Source: Bacillota bacterium (GTDB taxonomy: Bacteria; Bacillota; Negativicutes; JBAXTZ01). From it: 64,000 nucleotides of DNA. The stretch spans positions 909-64,908 of the forward strand of contig JBAXTZ010000016.1 in NCBI GenBank assembly GCA_037129925.1. The letters are read 5' to 3'. The notes beneath the pieces were generated by a model that made no database searches, was not told where the DNA came from, and saw only the letters and a list, made by a program, of their open reading frames with translations. Below, one piece after another: positions 28,013 through 38,610 of this stretch (the stretch's first letter is position 1; each line of letters begins with the position of its first letter). Position numbers and translations under genes: made by a program.

Positions 28013-28972
28013 TTAGAAAGCATAAACACAAATATCACCGTTTGCATAAGCTGCCGCAACAAATTTCCCATCCGGTTTCAATGCGATAGCGTTTAATTCC
28101 GAGCCCGGGAATATTGCATCAGTCTGAATACAGCCGACCACATCGAAAATTTTGATGGACCCGTCCATACATTTGCCAATTAACGTACTGGCATCAGCGG
28201 TCAATATTAATGAGTTGAAAGTATCGGTAACGTTAATTTGACCCATTAATTGTAAACTATCCAAACTCCAGATTTTTATTAACGCGTCTTGTCCAAAAGA
28301 AACCAGCAGATTATTGGCAGCATTTACCGTTAAGGCATCGACACCAAAATCGTGGGCGTAAAGTTTTACGATTGCTTTGTTGCGGTCAATGTTTCCTTTG
28401 ATTATATCGCCTCGGGCGCTGACAAATCCTTCAACTATTTCGTTGCTAGTCGCGCCAAAGTCTACCACCCGGGGATGGGCATATTTATAAGAAAAAACTG
28501 AAATGTTATATGAATTAATGTCAATTATCGATACCGCGTTGCTATCGCAGAGCACCATTGCCCGACTGTTATCATCACTAAATATTATCTGCCGGATAAC
28601 GCTATTAAAATTAAATTCTTTAAGCACCGCGCCGGTATTGTCGGTGAATTTCACGTTGCCGTCCAGCGAGCCGATGGCAAGAATTTTTTGGGCGCCATCA
28701 AAAGCCAAGGCGGTAATTAGCGTTTTCTCAACACCCTTAACGTCCAAAATCGGTTTTACATTCCAGTTCTTGGCATTAGCGCCGCTGACATCAAAAATTG
28801 CCAGCCGACCGAGCGATGTGCCAACCACCATCCGGTTTCCCTTCGGACTAAAAGTTGTCGCGGTAACTACTTCGCCGCCAGCAATATTGATTTTCCAAAC
28901 ATTTTCCATAGCATTAACGCCTGTTCCACCAAGGAGTATAAATGCCATAACCAATGCCCACAATCTGCGCAT
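28013..28972 (-). CDS. Secreted WD40-repeat (beta-propeller) protein
   Basis: Signal peptide; repeats such as LAIGSLDGNVKF, LVSFGQDALIKIW, VAAAYANGDICVY. Confidence 0.75.
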   Translation of the reverse strand: MRRLWALVMAFILLGGTGVNAMENVWKINIAGGEVVTATTFSPKGNRMVVGTSLGRLAIFDVSGANAKNWNVKPILDVKGVEKTLITALAFDGAQKILAIGSLDGNVKFTDNTGAVLKEFNFNSVIRQIIFSDDNSRAMVLCDSNAVSIIDINSYNISVFSYKYAHPRVVDFGATSNEIVEGFVSARGDIIKGNIDRNKAIVKLYAHDFGVDALTVNAANNLLVSFGQDALIKIWSLDSLQLMGQINVTDTFNSLILTADASTLIGKCMDGSIKIFDVVGCIQTDAIFPGSELNAIALKPDGKFVAAAYANGDICVYAF

Positions 28973-29050
28973 CTCTGCCTCCGTTTCTCATTCTCCTGAT
29001 CATACCGTGCTACTTGCCAACTAAGCTCTACTTGACAACTCGACTACTTA

Positions 29051-30301
29051 TCAATATCCAATGTCGCTACGATAAAACATTCCCGGCCAGCTGATTTTCT
29101 TGATTTCCCGATAAACGCTCTCCCGGGCAGCGGCGACATCGTTTCCTACCGCGGTTACTACCAACGCCCGACCGCCGTTGTTGGTGACAACACCCGCGAT
29201 TTCCTTGGTTCCGGCATGAAACACCTGCACGCTATTGGCGACTTCGGCAAGGCCGCGAATGGTAAAGCCTTTTTCGAACTTTTCTGGATAACCACCGGAG
29301 GCAAGCACCACACAAACCGCGGTTACTGGCTTCCAATTGATTTCTACATCTTCGAGCCGCCCTTCAATCGTTGCCAGCATTATCGCTGCCAAATCTCCAT
29401 CGAGACGTGGTAACAGCACCTCGGTCTCCGGATCGCCAAACCGGCAATTGTATTCCAGCACTTTCGGGCCGTCATTTGTCAGCATTAGCCCAAAATAAAT
29501 TACGCCGCGATAGTCAATGTTTTCGGCTATCAATCCACCCAGGGTTCGCGCGGCAATCTCGGTTTCGACAAACTTTCGCAGCTCGCCGGTAAAGTCGGCA
29601 ACCGGCGATAGCGCCCCCATTCCGCCGGTGTTCAAACCACAGTCATTGTCAAACGCCCGCTTATAGTCGCGGGCGCTATCCATCAACCGAACACTCTTGC
29701 CATCGCAAAACGCCAGCAACGAAACCTCGCGACCAGTCAAAAATTCCTCGACCACTACCAAGCTTCCGGCTTGCCCAAAAACTTTATCAGTCAAAATATC
29801 TTTCAACGCGATGAGCGCCTGAGCAATATTCTCAGCAATAATCACGCCCTTCCCGGCAGCCAGACCATCGGCTTTGATGACTACCGGAAAGCCAAAGTCG
29901 GTTATCTGAGCGCTTGCAGTTTGATAATCAGAAAACGACTGATACCGCGCTGTCGGTATGCGATATTTGTTCATGAAATTTTTCGAAAAAGTCTTGCTGC
30001 TCTCCAGCTGGGCGCCACTTTTTCTCGGGCCAAATATTTTCATGCCCCGACGAATAAACTCATCACTAATGCCCAAACTAAGCGGAACTTCCGGCCCGAC
30101 AACCGTAAGTGTAATATCATTATCATGCGCCCAGTCCGCGAGCGCTTCGATTTCATCAGCACCAATATTTACCAGTTCGGCAAGCGCGGCAATTCCGACA
30201 TTCCCCGGCGCGCAGAAAATCTTACTAACTATTTCGCTCTCTTTGAGTTTACTAATAATCGCGTGTTCCCGCGCCCCGCCGCCAATGACTAAAATTTTCA
30301 T
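29051..30301 (-). CDS. purD: Phosphoribosylamine--glycine ligase
   Basis: GGGAREHA, VVGPEVPL, KADGLAAGKGV, NTGGMGA, EYNCRFGDPE. Confidence 0.96.
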   Translation of the reverse strand: MKILVIGGGAREHAIISKLKESEIVSKIFCAPGNVGIAALAELVNIGADEIEALADWAHDNDITLTVVGPEVPLSLGISDEFIRRGMKIFGPRKSGAQLESSKTFSKNFMNKYRIPTARYQSFSDYQTASAQITDFGFPVVIKADGLAAGKGVIIAENIAQALIALKDILTDKVFGQAGSLVVVEEFLTGREVSLLAFCDGKSVRLMDSARDYKRAFDNDCGLNTGGMGALSPVADFTGELRKFVETEIAARTLGGLIAENIDYRGVIYFGLMLTNDGPKVLEYNCRFGDPETEVLLPRLDGDLAAIMLATIEGRLEDVEINWKPVTAVCVVLASGGYPEKFEKGFTIRGLAEVANSVQVFHAGTKEIAGVVTNNGGRALVVTAVGNDVAAARESVYREIKKISWPGMFYRSDIGY

Positions 30302-30314
30302 ACTTTCTCCCTAA

Positions 30315-31463
30315 TTACCTGCTGACCGTAACCGGCACTACCGCCAAAATATCCCCTACTGATCGCTCTTGACCGGCAAATGGTTGCTTGGCATTATCCG
30401 ACGGACTGTTGACTACTTTATTTTTTACTACCATCGTGGATGAACCGCCGCCATCAAGATTTAACGCTTGATAACAACCGAGCGACAACATATACCCGGC
30501 CAATTCATCGACATATAGTCCATTGCTATAGCCCTGTTGTCGACCATCAGCCACCACTAAAATAACATGGTTATCTTTCGTCAAGCCAACCGCCGTGCGC
30601 GGCGCGCAACTATAAGCGATGTCACTTGGGAATAACTCAATCAGCCGGTATATCGAAGAAACAGCCACGCCCCGCCGCACCAGTATCGGACCGGCGCCGA
30701 CAACATCTTTGTAGCCGTCAATCGCTTGATTACTAGTTTGTTTGAGAGCAATACTATCGCCGCTTTTTGTTGAAGTAAAATTTTTCCGAGCCAAACCATG
30801 CACTGACAAAACATAACCATTAAACGGAATTGCTGACGGTCCAGGATTTATCGCCGCAACTTTACCGTCGATAATAGTGTAATCCGTCCACCATTTGTTC
30901 GAAGCAGTTTTCGCGCCATAGAGCGAATTAAACAGCACCACGCTATCGTCGCTCGAATATTTTCCATCGGCATCAGTAGCCAAATTAATATAATTGACGC
31001 TGCGAATGGTAACCGCTGCACCGTCAGCCAGCACTACGCTTCCGGCATATTTTGCCAAGGCAATTTCGGCCTGAGTTGGCGAGTTTATCGCCAACGCGCC
31101 CCGCTTCTGTCCTTGAAGTTCAACGGCAGAAGCATACTTGCCATCGATTTTCAACAAGCCGATAATTTCACCGGCGGCGTAATCGCCCATAACAAAATAA
31201 GACGCATTGACCGCTGCCAGTGCATCAATTGCCCTGGCAGTTGCGCTAGTTGATGCAAGGCCAACCGTACCGCCCTTTGCCAGTGCCGGTTTGACAGTGT
31301 AGCCAGAATCCGGCGCGATATCGATAACATAGGTTTTAACGATCCCGTTTTTCCCCTGAATTGAATCGACTCGATAATCAACGCCCGGCACAATCATTTC
31401 CGCCCGGACAGTTGCTGCAAATGCCACAACCAAAACCAGCAAAACAACAACGAATTTTCTCAT
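30315..31463 (-). CDS. Exported phosphodiester glycosidase (NAGPA-like) family protein
   Basis: Signal peptide; AAVNASYF, APRTAVG, VVADGRQ, ALNLDGGGSSTM. Confidence 0.85.
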   Translation of the reverse strand: MRKFVVVLLVLVVAFAATVRAEMIVPGVDYRVDSIQGKNGIVKTYVIDIAPDSGYTVKPALAKGGTVGLASTSATARAIDALAAVNASYFVMGDYAAGEIIGLLKIDGKYASAVELQGQKRGALAINSPTQAEIALAKYAGSVVLADGAAVTIRSVNYINLATDADGKYSSDDSVVLFNSLYGAKTASNKWWTDYTIIDGKVAAINPGPSAIPFNGYVLSVHGLARKNFTSTKSGDSIALKQTSNQAIDGYKDVVGAGPILVRRGVAVSSIYRLIELFPSDIAYSCAPRTAVGLTKDNHVILVVADGRQQGYSNGLYVDELAGYMLSLGCYQALNLDGGGSSTMVVKNKVVNSPSDNAKQPFAGQERSVGDILAVVPVTVSR

Positions 31464-31482
31464 AGTTACCTCCAAATTTTAG

Positions 31483-31562
31483 CACTAACCGCTTTAACTA
31501 CTGCACCCTTGTACTACCCGCAATTTTCACTACTGCGGCATTTCACCATTAACCATTCGCCT
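31483..31562. repeat. TTTCACTAC repeat block
   Basis: ctttaactactgcacccttgtactacccgcaattttcactactgcggcatttcaccattaaccattcgcc. Confidence 0.65.
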
Positions 31563-31574
31563 TTAACCAAAAGC

Positions 31575-32942
31575 CTACTTCCCTAAACAAAACTCGCTAA
31601 ATATTCGCTCCAACAAATCTTCTTTGACCGTCTCGCCGGTAATTTCCCCCAAACACTCCCAAGCATCTCGCAAATCCACGCTCAGTATATCACAGGGCAT
31701 TCCGGCTTGAATAGCTTCGGCAACTCGCTGTAAACAATTTTTCGCCCGGGCTAATATCTCTAGTTGCCGAACGTTGGCAACCATGACCTGTTCTGGTTCG
31801 CGACAATTTGCATATACCGTCTCGGCGACGGCGTTTTCGATGTCAGCCAGCCCCTCGAGATTGGTCATAGAAGCCGCTATAACTAGCTGTCCGGCTAGCT
31901 CCAGTTTTAATTTATTAATAATACTTTGCGCTGTCAAATCGGTTTTGTTAATTACCACGATCAAGCGCCCCTTGTATTCGCGCATATTTGCGAAATCATC
32001 ACTATGTAGTTGTTCCGACCCGTCGACTATATACAAAACCAATTCTGCGGCTTCGGCAATAACAGTTGCTCGTTCAACGCCGATTCGTTCAACGACGTCC
32101 ATAGTCTCGCGTAACCCAGCGGTATCGGTCAACACAATCGGAATACCGCGAATATTGACGCACTCCTCAATCGAATCGCGAGTAGTTCCCGGAATTTCCG
32201 TTACTATCGCTCGCTCCGTTCCTAACAGTGCGTTTAGCAGACTGGATTTTCCGGCGTTGGGGCGACCGATTATCGCCACGCGCAATCCATCGCGAAGAAT
32301 TCTACCGCTTCGCGCCTGCGCTAATACCGTTGCTAACTGCTCCAGCCAAATCTCAATTTGTAACTGCACTTTGTCAATAACAATCGTTTCAATATCGTCT
32401 TCCGGATAATCAACAGTAACCGCGATATGCGCAAGTAGCGCCAATAATTCACCGCGTAGCGCCCGCACCGCCGCCGACAGCTTGCCACTCAGACTGCGAT
32501 TGGCCGCCCGCAAGCTGGCGTCAGTCTTGGCGCGAATAACATCAATAACCGCTTCGGCTTGCGCCAAGTCCAGCCGACCGTTTAGAAACGCCCGTTTGGT
32601 AAACTCCCCCGGTTCGGCCAGCCGGGCGCCATTGCCAAGCGCTGCCAGCAAAATATTTTTCACCGCAATTGCGCCGCCATGTGCCTGAATTTCCACAACA
32701 TCCTCGCCGGTATAACTCTTTGGAGCAACGAACTTGAGCAGCAATGCTTCATCTATTACAACGCCTGCATAAACAACCACTCCAAGCGTCGCCTGACGTG
32801 CGGTTAATTCTACAACCGGTTTGCGGCTGCGAGTTTGGAAAATTCTATCAGCAACAGCAACAGCGTTCGAACCGGAAATTCGCACGATGCCAATTCCGCC
32901 CTCGCCACTCGCTGTAGCCACCGCCGCTATTGTGTCATTCAT
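31575..32942 (-). CDS. mnmE: tRNA modification GTPase MnmE
   Basis: DTIAAVAT, SYTGEDVVEI.HGG, RLDLAQAE, GRPNAGKSSL, PGTTRD, DTAGLR, C-terminal FCLGK. Confidence 0.96.
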   Translation of the reverse strand: MNDTIAAVATASGEGGIGIVRISGSNAVAVADRIFQTRSRKPVVELTARQATLGVVVYAGVVIDEALLLKFVAPKSYTGEDVVEIQAHGGAIAVKNILLAALGNGARLAEPGEFTKRAFLNGRLDLAQAEAVIDVIRAKTDASLRAANRSLSGKLSAAVRALRGELLALLAHIAVTVDYPEDDIETIVIDKVQLQIEIWLEQLATVLAQARSGRILRDGLRVAIIGRPNAGKSSLLNALLGTERAIVTEIPGTTRDSIEECVNIRGIPIVLTDTAGLRETMDVVERIGVERATVIAEAAELVLYIVDGSEQLHSDDFANMREYKGRLIVVINKTDLTAQSIINKLKLELAGQLVIAASMTNLEGLADIENAVAETVYANCREPEQVMVANVRQLEILARAKNCLQRVAEAIQAGMPCDILSVDLRDAWECLGEITGETVKEDLLERIFSEFCLGK

Positions 32943-32973
32943 CTTCACCCCAAAAACTACATTATTTCTCGAA

Positions 32974-33093
32974 AAACTGTTCAAAAATGTGCAGATACGA
33001 GGCGAGACGAGTATTGCGTAGCGCCGCGTACGTGAGGTACGCAAGCAAGCAAACGCAGGAACAACAAAGTAGCTGCGCGTTTTTCAACAGTTT
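32974..33093. repeat. ~120-bp non-autonomous palindromic (MITE-like) element
   Basis: Terminal inverted repeats AAACTGTTCAAAAA / TTTTTCAACAGTTT (1 mismatch), internal GCGTAC..GTACGC core. Confidence 0.6.
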
Positions 33094-33980
33094 CACCCCA
33101 GCTCACTGTAGATCATGCCGCTGATGATACAGCCACACCCCAGCCACTGCATCCAGCCGAGCGGGTCGCCAAATATCCACCACGCTAATATTCCGCCGAT
33201 CGCCGGTTCGATTGAAAAAATTATCGCTGTATGCACGGCGGTGGTATATTTTTGGGTCATACATTGAATAACCAGCATTAATGCTGTACAGATAATACCC
33301 GCACCGGCAATATCGCCCCAAATCCGCAGGCTCAAATCAAAACCGTGAAACGGTTCGAACAAAACCGCTACAACTAGCGAATATAGCGCCGCCCAACCAA
33401 TTTGCAACACCGCTAAAGAAATTGCGTCCCCGCGCGGCGCATAGTGGCTGACCGAGGCATATTGAAATGAAATTATTATTGCGCACAGCAGGCAAAACCA
33501 ATCGCCATAATTAAACTGCCAACCGTCACCATGGTACGCCAGCAACGCCAAACCCAGTGTCGCGAGCGCGATGCCAAACCAAGCGGCACGCTTAGGATTG
33601 GGCAATCCCCAAACCTTGCCGGCAAATGGCGTCAATATCACGCCCAAACCGCTCAAAAACGCCGCATTAGAAGCCGTAGTGTATTTCAAACCATAGGTTA
33701 GCGCAAACAACCCGCCCCACCAGAAAAAACCAACCAACGCCGATATTTTCCAGAGATGAGAAAAATTCCGCTTCAATCGCTTGTGAAAGATCAGCCACAA
33801 CAACGCGACCGCCATGATATGCCGGTCAGCCATCAGCCACAGCGGCCCGATTTCGGTCATCGCATCTTTAATAAAAATAAACCCCATCGCCCAAACAATG
33901 GTGATAGTGGTTAAAACACCGTCAGCAATATTCTGTTTCTTATCAACCGACTGATGCCGAAACCAATGTAGTGGCTTCAT
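33093..33980 (-). CDS. DMT/EamA family transporter
   Basis: Two EamA halves, YTTASNAAFL, FSIEPAIG. Confidence 0.9.
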   Translation of the reverse strand: MKPLHWFRHQSVDKKQNIADGVLTTITIVWAMGFIFIKDAMTEIGPLWLMADRHIMAVALLWLIFHKRLKRNFSHLWKISALVGFFWWGGLFALTYGLKYTTASNAAFLSGLGVILTPFAGKVWGLPNPKRAAWFGIALATLGLALLAYHGDGWQFNYGDWFCLLCAIIISFQYASVSHYAPRGDAISLAVLQIGWAALYSLVVAVLFEPFHGFDLSLRIWGDIAGAGIICTALMLVIQCMTQKYTTAVHTAIIFSIEPAIGGILAWWIFGDPLGWMQWLGCGCIISGMIYSELG

Positions 33981-33994
33981 GGTGCCTCCTCGTA

Positions 33995-34033
33995 AACTAC
34001 CAACTGCTAACCGCCAACCGCTAACTGCCAACT
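33995..34033. repeat. Heptamer tandem repeat (AACYGCY)
   Basis: aactaccaactgctaaccgccaaccgctaactgccaact. Confidence 0.65.
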
Positions 34034-34058
34034 GAAATTATACCACAGCGCTACAAAC

Positions 34059-34086
34059 AAAAACAGGGCGTTGCCGCCCTGTTTTT
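34059..34086. terminator. Terminator after the OPT gene
   Basis: AAAAACAGGGCG/CGCCCTGTTTTT. Confidence 0.75.
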
Positions 34087-34110
34087 AAAGCTGAAAGCTG
34101 AAAGCTGAAA
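34087..34110. repeat. (AAAGCTG)x3 heptamer repeat
   Basis: Three exact copies. Confidence 0.7.
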
Positions 34111-34158
34111 TTTCAAAAGTGTTATGAGAGCCTTTCACCATTCGCATTGTACCATTAA

Positions 34159-36087
34159 CTACTTTACGTCTTGAGCCTTACCCTTCATTGCAATTTTCCA
34201 AACCATGAAACACAATCCAAAATATACTACGATTGCAATATAGGTTGCTTCCGGAGTAGCAGACCATTCATCCATAAACCAATTAATACCCATTATTCGA
34301 ATTACCGCGCTTAGCAATCCGCCTAATGCGCCACCGGCGACCAGACCGGCGCTGACAATTTCACCACGATGCAAGCGTGCCTCGCAAACGCCCTTGTCTT
34401 TGCTGCTACGCGAAACCAGCCAGGAAATCAACGCGCCGATTAATAACGGGGTATTGATTTCCATCGGTAAGTACGCGCCTAACGCGAATGCCAGTACTGG
34501 AACATTCAACATCCACAACAGTATTGCGAATATTGCGCCAGCCATCATCAACGGCGCGTGGGCGCCGCCGCCTTCCATAAAGGTTTGCGCCATCGTTGCA
34601 AACATATTGGCTTGTGGCGCCGACAACACTGTTTTGCCGGTAAATCCATAAGCCGAGTCGAGAAGCATTACCACGCCAACCGAGAGAATTGAAACCATGA
34701 TTGCTGAAACAACTTGCCATTGCTCCATTTTTTTCGGAGTAGCCCCGGTAAGATGCGCAACTTTTAGTTCGGACATAAAGTTGCCCGCCATCCCGAGTGT
34801 GGTCGCCAGGAACGCTGACATAAACAACACCGCGATAACGCCTTGTTGCCCTTGCAATCCCGTTCCCAACATAACTAGTGATGCCACCATCAGCATGAAT
34901 ATCGTCATGCCGGATACCGGCTCCGAACCGGTAAACGCGATCGAGCTGATACCAACAACTGACAGCATAAACGCAAATACGACTACGATAACGACTGACA
35001 TAATTGTTTGCGTAATGGTATTAGCGCACATCAAGTGGAACGAAATACCAAACAACACCACCATGGCGATCATAGTTATCGTGATTGTTTTCATCGAAAT
35101 ATCACGATCGGTGCGCAACATTGTCGAATGATGCGCGACTTTGCCAGAAAAAGTTTCTTTGACAGCGGTTTTGAATACTTGTTTTACCACGCCGCTCATT
35201 TTTAGCAGCCCAATAATACCACCCATCGCCAACATTCCGATGCCGATGTACTTAACATATTTGCTAAACAATACATCGACCGGAACTTCTTTGAGCGCGA
35301 TCATTTTGCTGCCAATCATTATGGCGTGATCGCCGCCCATGTAGTAAATTACCGGCATACAGACAAACCAGGCAAAAAACGAACCGGCACAAATAATTGA
35401 CGCGTAGCGCATCCCGGTATAATAGCCGATACCCAACAGCGCCGCTTCGGTATCCAAAGAAAAGGCAATGCGATAATTGGTTGCTAGTTTTTGACCCCAG
35501 GTAAAGGTCAACGAATTGACAACTTCTTGCCACCAGCCAAAAGTGTTGATAACCAAATCATAGAAAAAACCGGCAAAGCCGCTGATAATCATCAACTTGG
35601 CGCTGGCGCCCTCATTGCTGGTCAGCACGCCGACCGCGGCGCGACCGGCCGGGAACGGATATTCTTTGTGCATATCCACGCAAAAATACTTGCGGAAGAT
35701 GATTGACATCATGATTCCCATAACGCTACCGAGAACAATCGGTATCATCATCGAAACATAAGTCATCTGAATTTTCAAAATAAAGAATGCCGGCAAAATA
35801 AACATCGCGCCGCCGAGCATATTAGTTCCGGCGCTGGCAATTGCCTGAATGTGGACATTCTCCGGGAATGCATCTTTACGCTTCAACAATACGGCCGTCC
35901 CCATGGCGAGAATCGAAACCGGCGCAAAAGCGTCAATCGTCTGACCGATTTTCAAACACAGGTAGCCGATCGCCAACGAAAATAAAGCCGCGTAAAACAG
36001 CCCCCAGAAAACAACATAGGGTTTAATCTCGTTGTAATCTTTTTTCGGATCCATCATCGGTGTGAAATCGTGATTTTTTCCTTCCAT
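34159..36087 (-). CDS. OPT family oligopeptide transporter
   Basis: ENVHIQAIASAG, SEPVSGMTI, GATPKKMEQWQ, APQANMFA, LGAYLP. Confidence 0.92.
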   Translation of the reverse strand: MEGKNHDFTPMMDPKKDYNEIKPYVVFWGLFYAALFSLAIGYLCLKIGQTIDAFAPVSILAMGTAVLLKRKDAFPENVHIQAIASAGTNMLGGAMFILPAFFILKIQMTYVSMMIPIVLGSVMGIMMSIIFRKYFCVDMHKEYPFPAGRAAVGVLTSNEGASAKLMIISGFAGFFYDLVINTFGWWQEVVNSLTFTWGQKLATNYRIAFSLDTEAALLGIGYYTGMRYASIICAGSFFAWFVCMPVIYYMGGDHAIMIGSKMIALKEVPVDVLFSKYVKYIGIGMLAMGGIIGLLKMSGVVKQVFKTAVKETFSGKVAHHSTMLRTDRDISMKTITITMIAMVVLFGISFHLMCANTITQTIMSVVIVVVFAFMLSVVGISSIAFTGSEPVSGMTIFMLMVASLVMLGTGLQGQQGVIAVLFMSAFLATTLGMAGNFMSELKVAHLTGATPKKMEQWQVVSAIMVSILSVGVVMLLDSAYGFTGKTVLSAPQANMFATMAQTFMEGGGAHAPLMMAGAIFAILLWMLNVPVLAFALGAYLPMEINTPLLIGALISWLVSRSSKDKGVCEARLHRGEIVSAGLVAGGALGGLLSAVIRIMGINWFMDEWSATPEATYIAIVVYFGLCFMVWKIAMKGKAQDVK

Positions 36088-36277
36088 ACTCTACTCCTCC
36101 GTAAAATTTTTTGTCCAGAAATTATAATACACCATTTACCAGTAAATTTACAGCTTTTTGAAAGATTTCAATAAAAAATATCCATCGTCAAACCACACGG
36201 CTGCGTCCTCTCGCTTTACTAAAAAAACAGTATTGATATAATTCTCCACATTTGTGCATAATCCTGCACAGTTTCAT

Positions 36278-36307
36278 AAAAAAAAAAGACAACATTTCTG
36301 TTGCCTT
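36278..36307 (-). terminator. Terminator after ychF
   Basis: GGCAAC/GTTGTC stem plus long T-run. Confidence 0.65.
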
Positions 36308-36342
36308 AAATTCTAACATCGTAAAGTTATCTACTATGCCAA

Positions 36343-37449
36343 CTAAACGTTAAAGCGAAAATCAATCACGTCGCCATCTTTTACAATATAATCTTTGCCT
36401 TCCAAGCGAACCTTGCCTTTTTCTTTGGCAGCGGTAAAAGAACCGAACTCAACCAAATCGTTATAAGCAACCGTTTCGGCACGGATAAATCCCCGTTGAA
36501 TATCGCTGTGGATTTTCCCGGCGGCTTGTGGCGCCTTGTAGCCGTTCCTAATGGTCCAGGCGCGGGTTTCTTGCACACCAGCTGTCAAAAACGAAATCAA
36601 GCCCAACTGTTTGTAACTGGCTCTGATTAACTGGTCTAACCCTGATTCAGTTACACCTAGTTCTTCGGCAAACATTGCCGCTTCCTCATCGCTCAACTGT
36701 GAAATCTCCGCCTCAAGTTTGGCAGCAACTACAATGGCTTCCACGCCATTGGCTTTGGCATACTCGATTACTTTTTGCGCCGCCGCGCAGGCTTCCGGTT
36801 GCTTAATGTCATCCTCGCCGATATTAGCGACAAACAACACCGGTTTGAGTGTCAGCATATTAATATCTTTAATGCACTCCGTTTGCTCTTCGTTAAGCCC
36901 GAGTTTACGCGCCGGCTCGGCATTCTCCAGACAACTCAGTATCTGCTCCAACATCGCTAACTCATCTTTTAATTTGGTATCGCCATTCTTGATGAATTTT
37001 TTGGTGCGGGTAATCCTACGCTCAATCGATTCCATATCCGCCAGGCACAGCTCCATATTGAGAATATCTATTTGCTCCAGCGGGTCACTCGATCCGTCTT
37101 CGGCGAGCAGGTTTTCGTCTTCAAAGCAGCGAACTACCTGGACCAAAGCGTCAGCGCTACGAATATGCGATAAAAACCGGTTGCCCAATCCTGAGCCGCC
37201 GGACGCGCCCTTTGCCAAGCCGACGATATCAACAAACTTCATCGAAGTCGGCACACTCCGCCTGGTTTTATACATTGCACCCAAAACATCCAACCGCTTA
37301 TCGGGAACAATCGCCGTGCCGATATTCGGCTCCAGCGAACCGGCGGCATAAGCATCCGTCGTCGCCGTCGATTTGGTCAGTGCATTAAATAACGTCGTCT
37401 TGCCAGTCTTTGGCAACCCCAATATTCCTACTTCTAAACTAGTACTCAA
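36343..37449 (-). CDS. ychF: Redox-regulated ATPase YchF
   Basis: GLPKTGKTTLFNAL, DIVGLAKGA, IHSDIQRGFIRAE, GKDYIVKDGD; TTG start at 37449 behind GGAG. Confidence 0.95.
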   Translation of the reverse strand: MSTSLEVGILGLPKTGKTTLFNALTKSTATTDAYAAGSLEPNIGTAIVPDKRLDVLGAMYKTRRSVPTSMKFVDIVGLAKGASGGSGLGNRFLSHIRSADALVQVVRCFEDENLLAEDGSSDPLEQIDILNMELCLADMESIERRITRTKKFIKNGDTKLKDELAMLEQILSCLENAEPARKLGLNEEQTECIKDINMLTLKPVLFVANIGEDDIKQPEACAAAQKVIEYAKANGVEAIVVAAKLEAEISQLSDEEAAMFAEELGVTESGLDQLIRASYKQLGLISFLTAGVQETRAWTIRNGYKAPQAAGKIHSDIQRGFIRAETVAYNDLVEFGSFTAAKEKGKVRLEGKDYIVKDGDVIDFRFNV

Positions 37450-37450
37450 T

Positions 37451-37687
37451 TTATTCTCCAATCTTTATCTGCGCCATATTCTTCTTCATCTGCTCCCGCG
37501 CCCCTTTGGCACGCTTGTACAGCGTTTCGCGGTCAATTATAACACGTCGGCCGCATTTATTACACTTAATCCATACATCAGCGCCCAATCGCTCAATCGT
37601 CCACTCAAACGACCCGCAAGGATGGACCTTCTTCATTTTAATAACATCACCCGTTGCAAACCCGGAAACATCCCCGTTCTCAACCAT
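37451..37687 (-). CDS. DUF951 family protein
   Basis: GDVIKMKKVHPCGSFEW.I.RLGAD..IKC..CGR. Confidence 0.9.
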   Translation of the reverse strand: MVENGDVSGFATGDVIKMKKVHPCGSFEWTIERLGADVWIKCNKCGRRVIIDRETLYKRAKGAREQMKKNMAQIKIGE

Positions 37688-37760
37688 CCCCTACTCCCCA
37701 TCCCACTAATATCCAATCACTAAATCCCAAATCCTATACCCTATTCCCCAATCCCTAACA
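37683..37760. repeat. Degenerate heptamer repeats (purine-rich on the sense strand)
   Basis: catcccctactccccatcccactaatatccaatcactaaatcccaaatcctataccctattccccaatccctaac. Confidence 0.55.
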
Positions 37761-37761
37761 C

Positions 37762-38610
37762 TTACCCAATCGCCATCCCCGCATCCTTAAACGCCAACTG
37801 AATGGATTCGCGCAAATACACTTCCACGCTAAATTGGGTCATCGGTTTTACTTTAGCCGATATCGTCAGCGTCAAGCCTTCGGGTTTCAAATCCGTGATT
37901 CCCAATACTGTAGGTCCTTCTACGATATTGTCATTAGCTTCTTTGGCTTTTATACAGACGCTGTTTAGCAACGCTGCGGCGGCGATAAGACTGACATCAT
38001 ACTTAAACGGCACAGTTACCTTGGCAACAATCAAGCGGCGCGACATATTGGTCACCTTAACGACACTGCTATTTGGCAAAGTATGCTCCGAGCCATTGTC
38101 GGCAATCAACTTCGTCGCCCGCAAATTTACCGCTTCAACCCGTCCGGACATATCGCCGATAATTACATAATCGCCGACATCGTATTGATTTTCAATCAAA
38201 ATAAAAAATCCGTTCAAAAAGTCGCGAATAAGATTTTGCGAACCAACGCCGACCGCCAGACCAATCATTGAAGCTCCGGCGAGAATTGACGTAGTATTGA
38301 CCCCCAATTCTTGTAATACGGACATTGTCGCGATAAAAATAACGATATACCGCGCCAAGCTTTTCGCCAGTGTACACAGCGTCATCACCCGGTTGTTATC
38401 GTCCGCTGTCATATTATTTATCGGCATCAGCGCTTTTCTTATCGCCAAATTTATCAACAACAGCATCCCATAGGCAAAAGCAATAACGATAACGATATGA
38501 ATCAGCCGGCTAACCCACTCAAAAACAAACTCCGGCGAGATTACTTTCATAAATTCTACCTGAAAAAAATCACTCCAACTGGTAATCTTGGTAGTTACCA
38601 ATTCGTTCAT
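37762..38610 (-). CDS. Small-conductance mechanosensitive channel (MscS family)
   Basis: LAVGVGSQNLIRDFLNGFFILIENQYDVGDYV, GRVEAVNLRAT. Confidence 0.92.
   Translation of the reverse strand: MNELVTTKITSWSDFFQVEFMKVISPEFVFEWVSRLIHIVIVIAFAYGMLLLINLAIRKALMPINNMTADDNNRVMTLCTLAKSLARYIVIFIATMSVLQELGVNTTSILAGASMIGLAVGVGSQNLIRDFLNGFFILIENQYDVGDYVIIGDMSGRVEAVNLRATKLIADNGSEHTLPNSSVVKVTNMSRRLIVAKVTVPFKYDVSLIAAAALLNSVCIKAKEANDNIVEGPTVLGITDLKPEGLTLTISAKVKPMTQFSVEVYLRESIQLAFKDAGMAIG

Noticed and set aside
36251-36270. TGTGCA-N6-TGCACA palindrome as a Rex/CRP site
   Set aside because: Spacing and sequence fit neither consensus; only a 6-bp arm.
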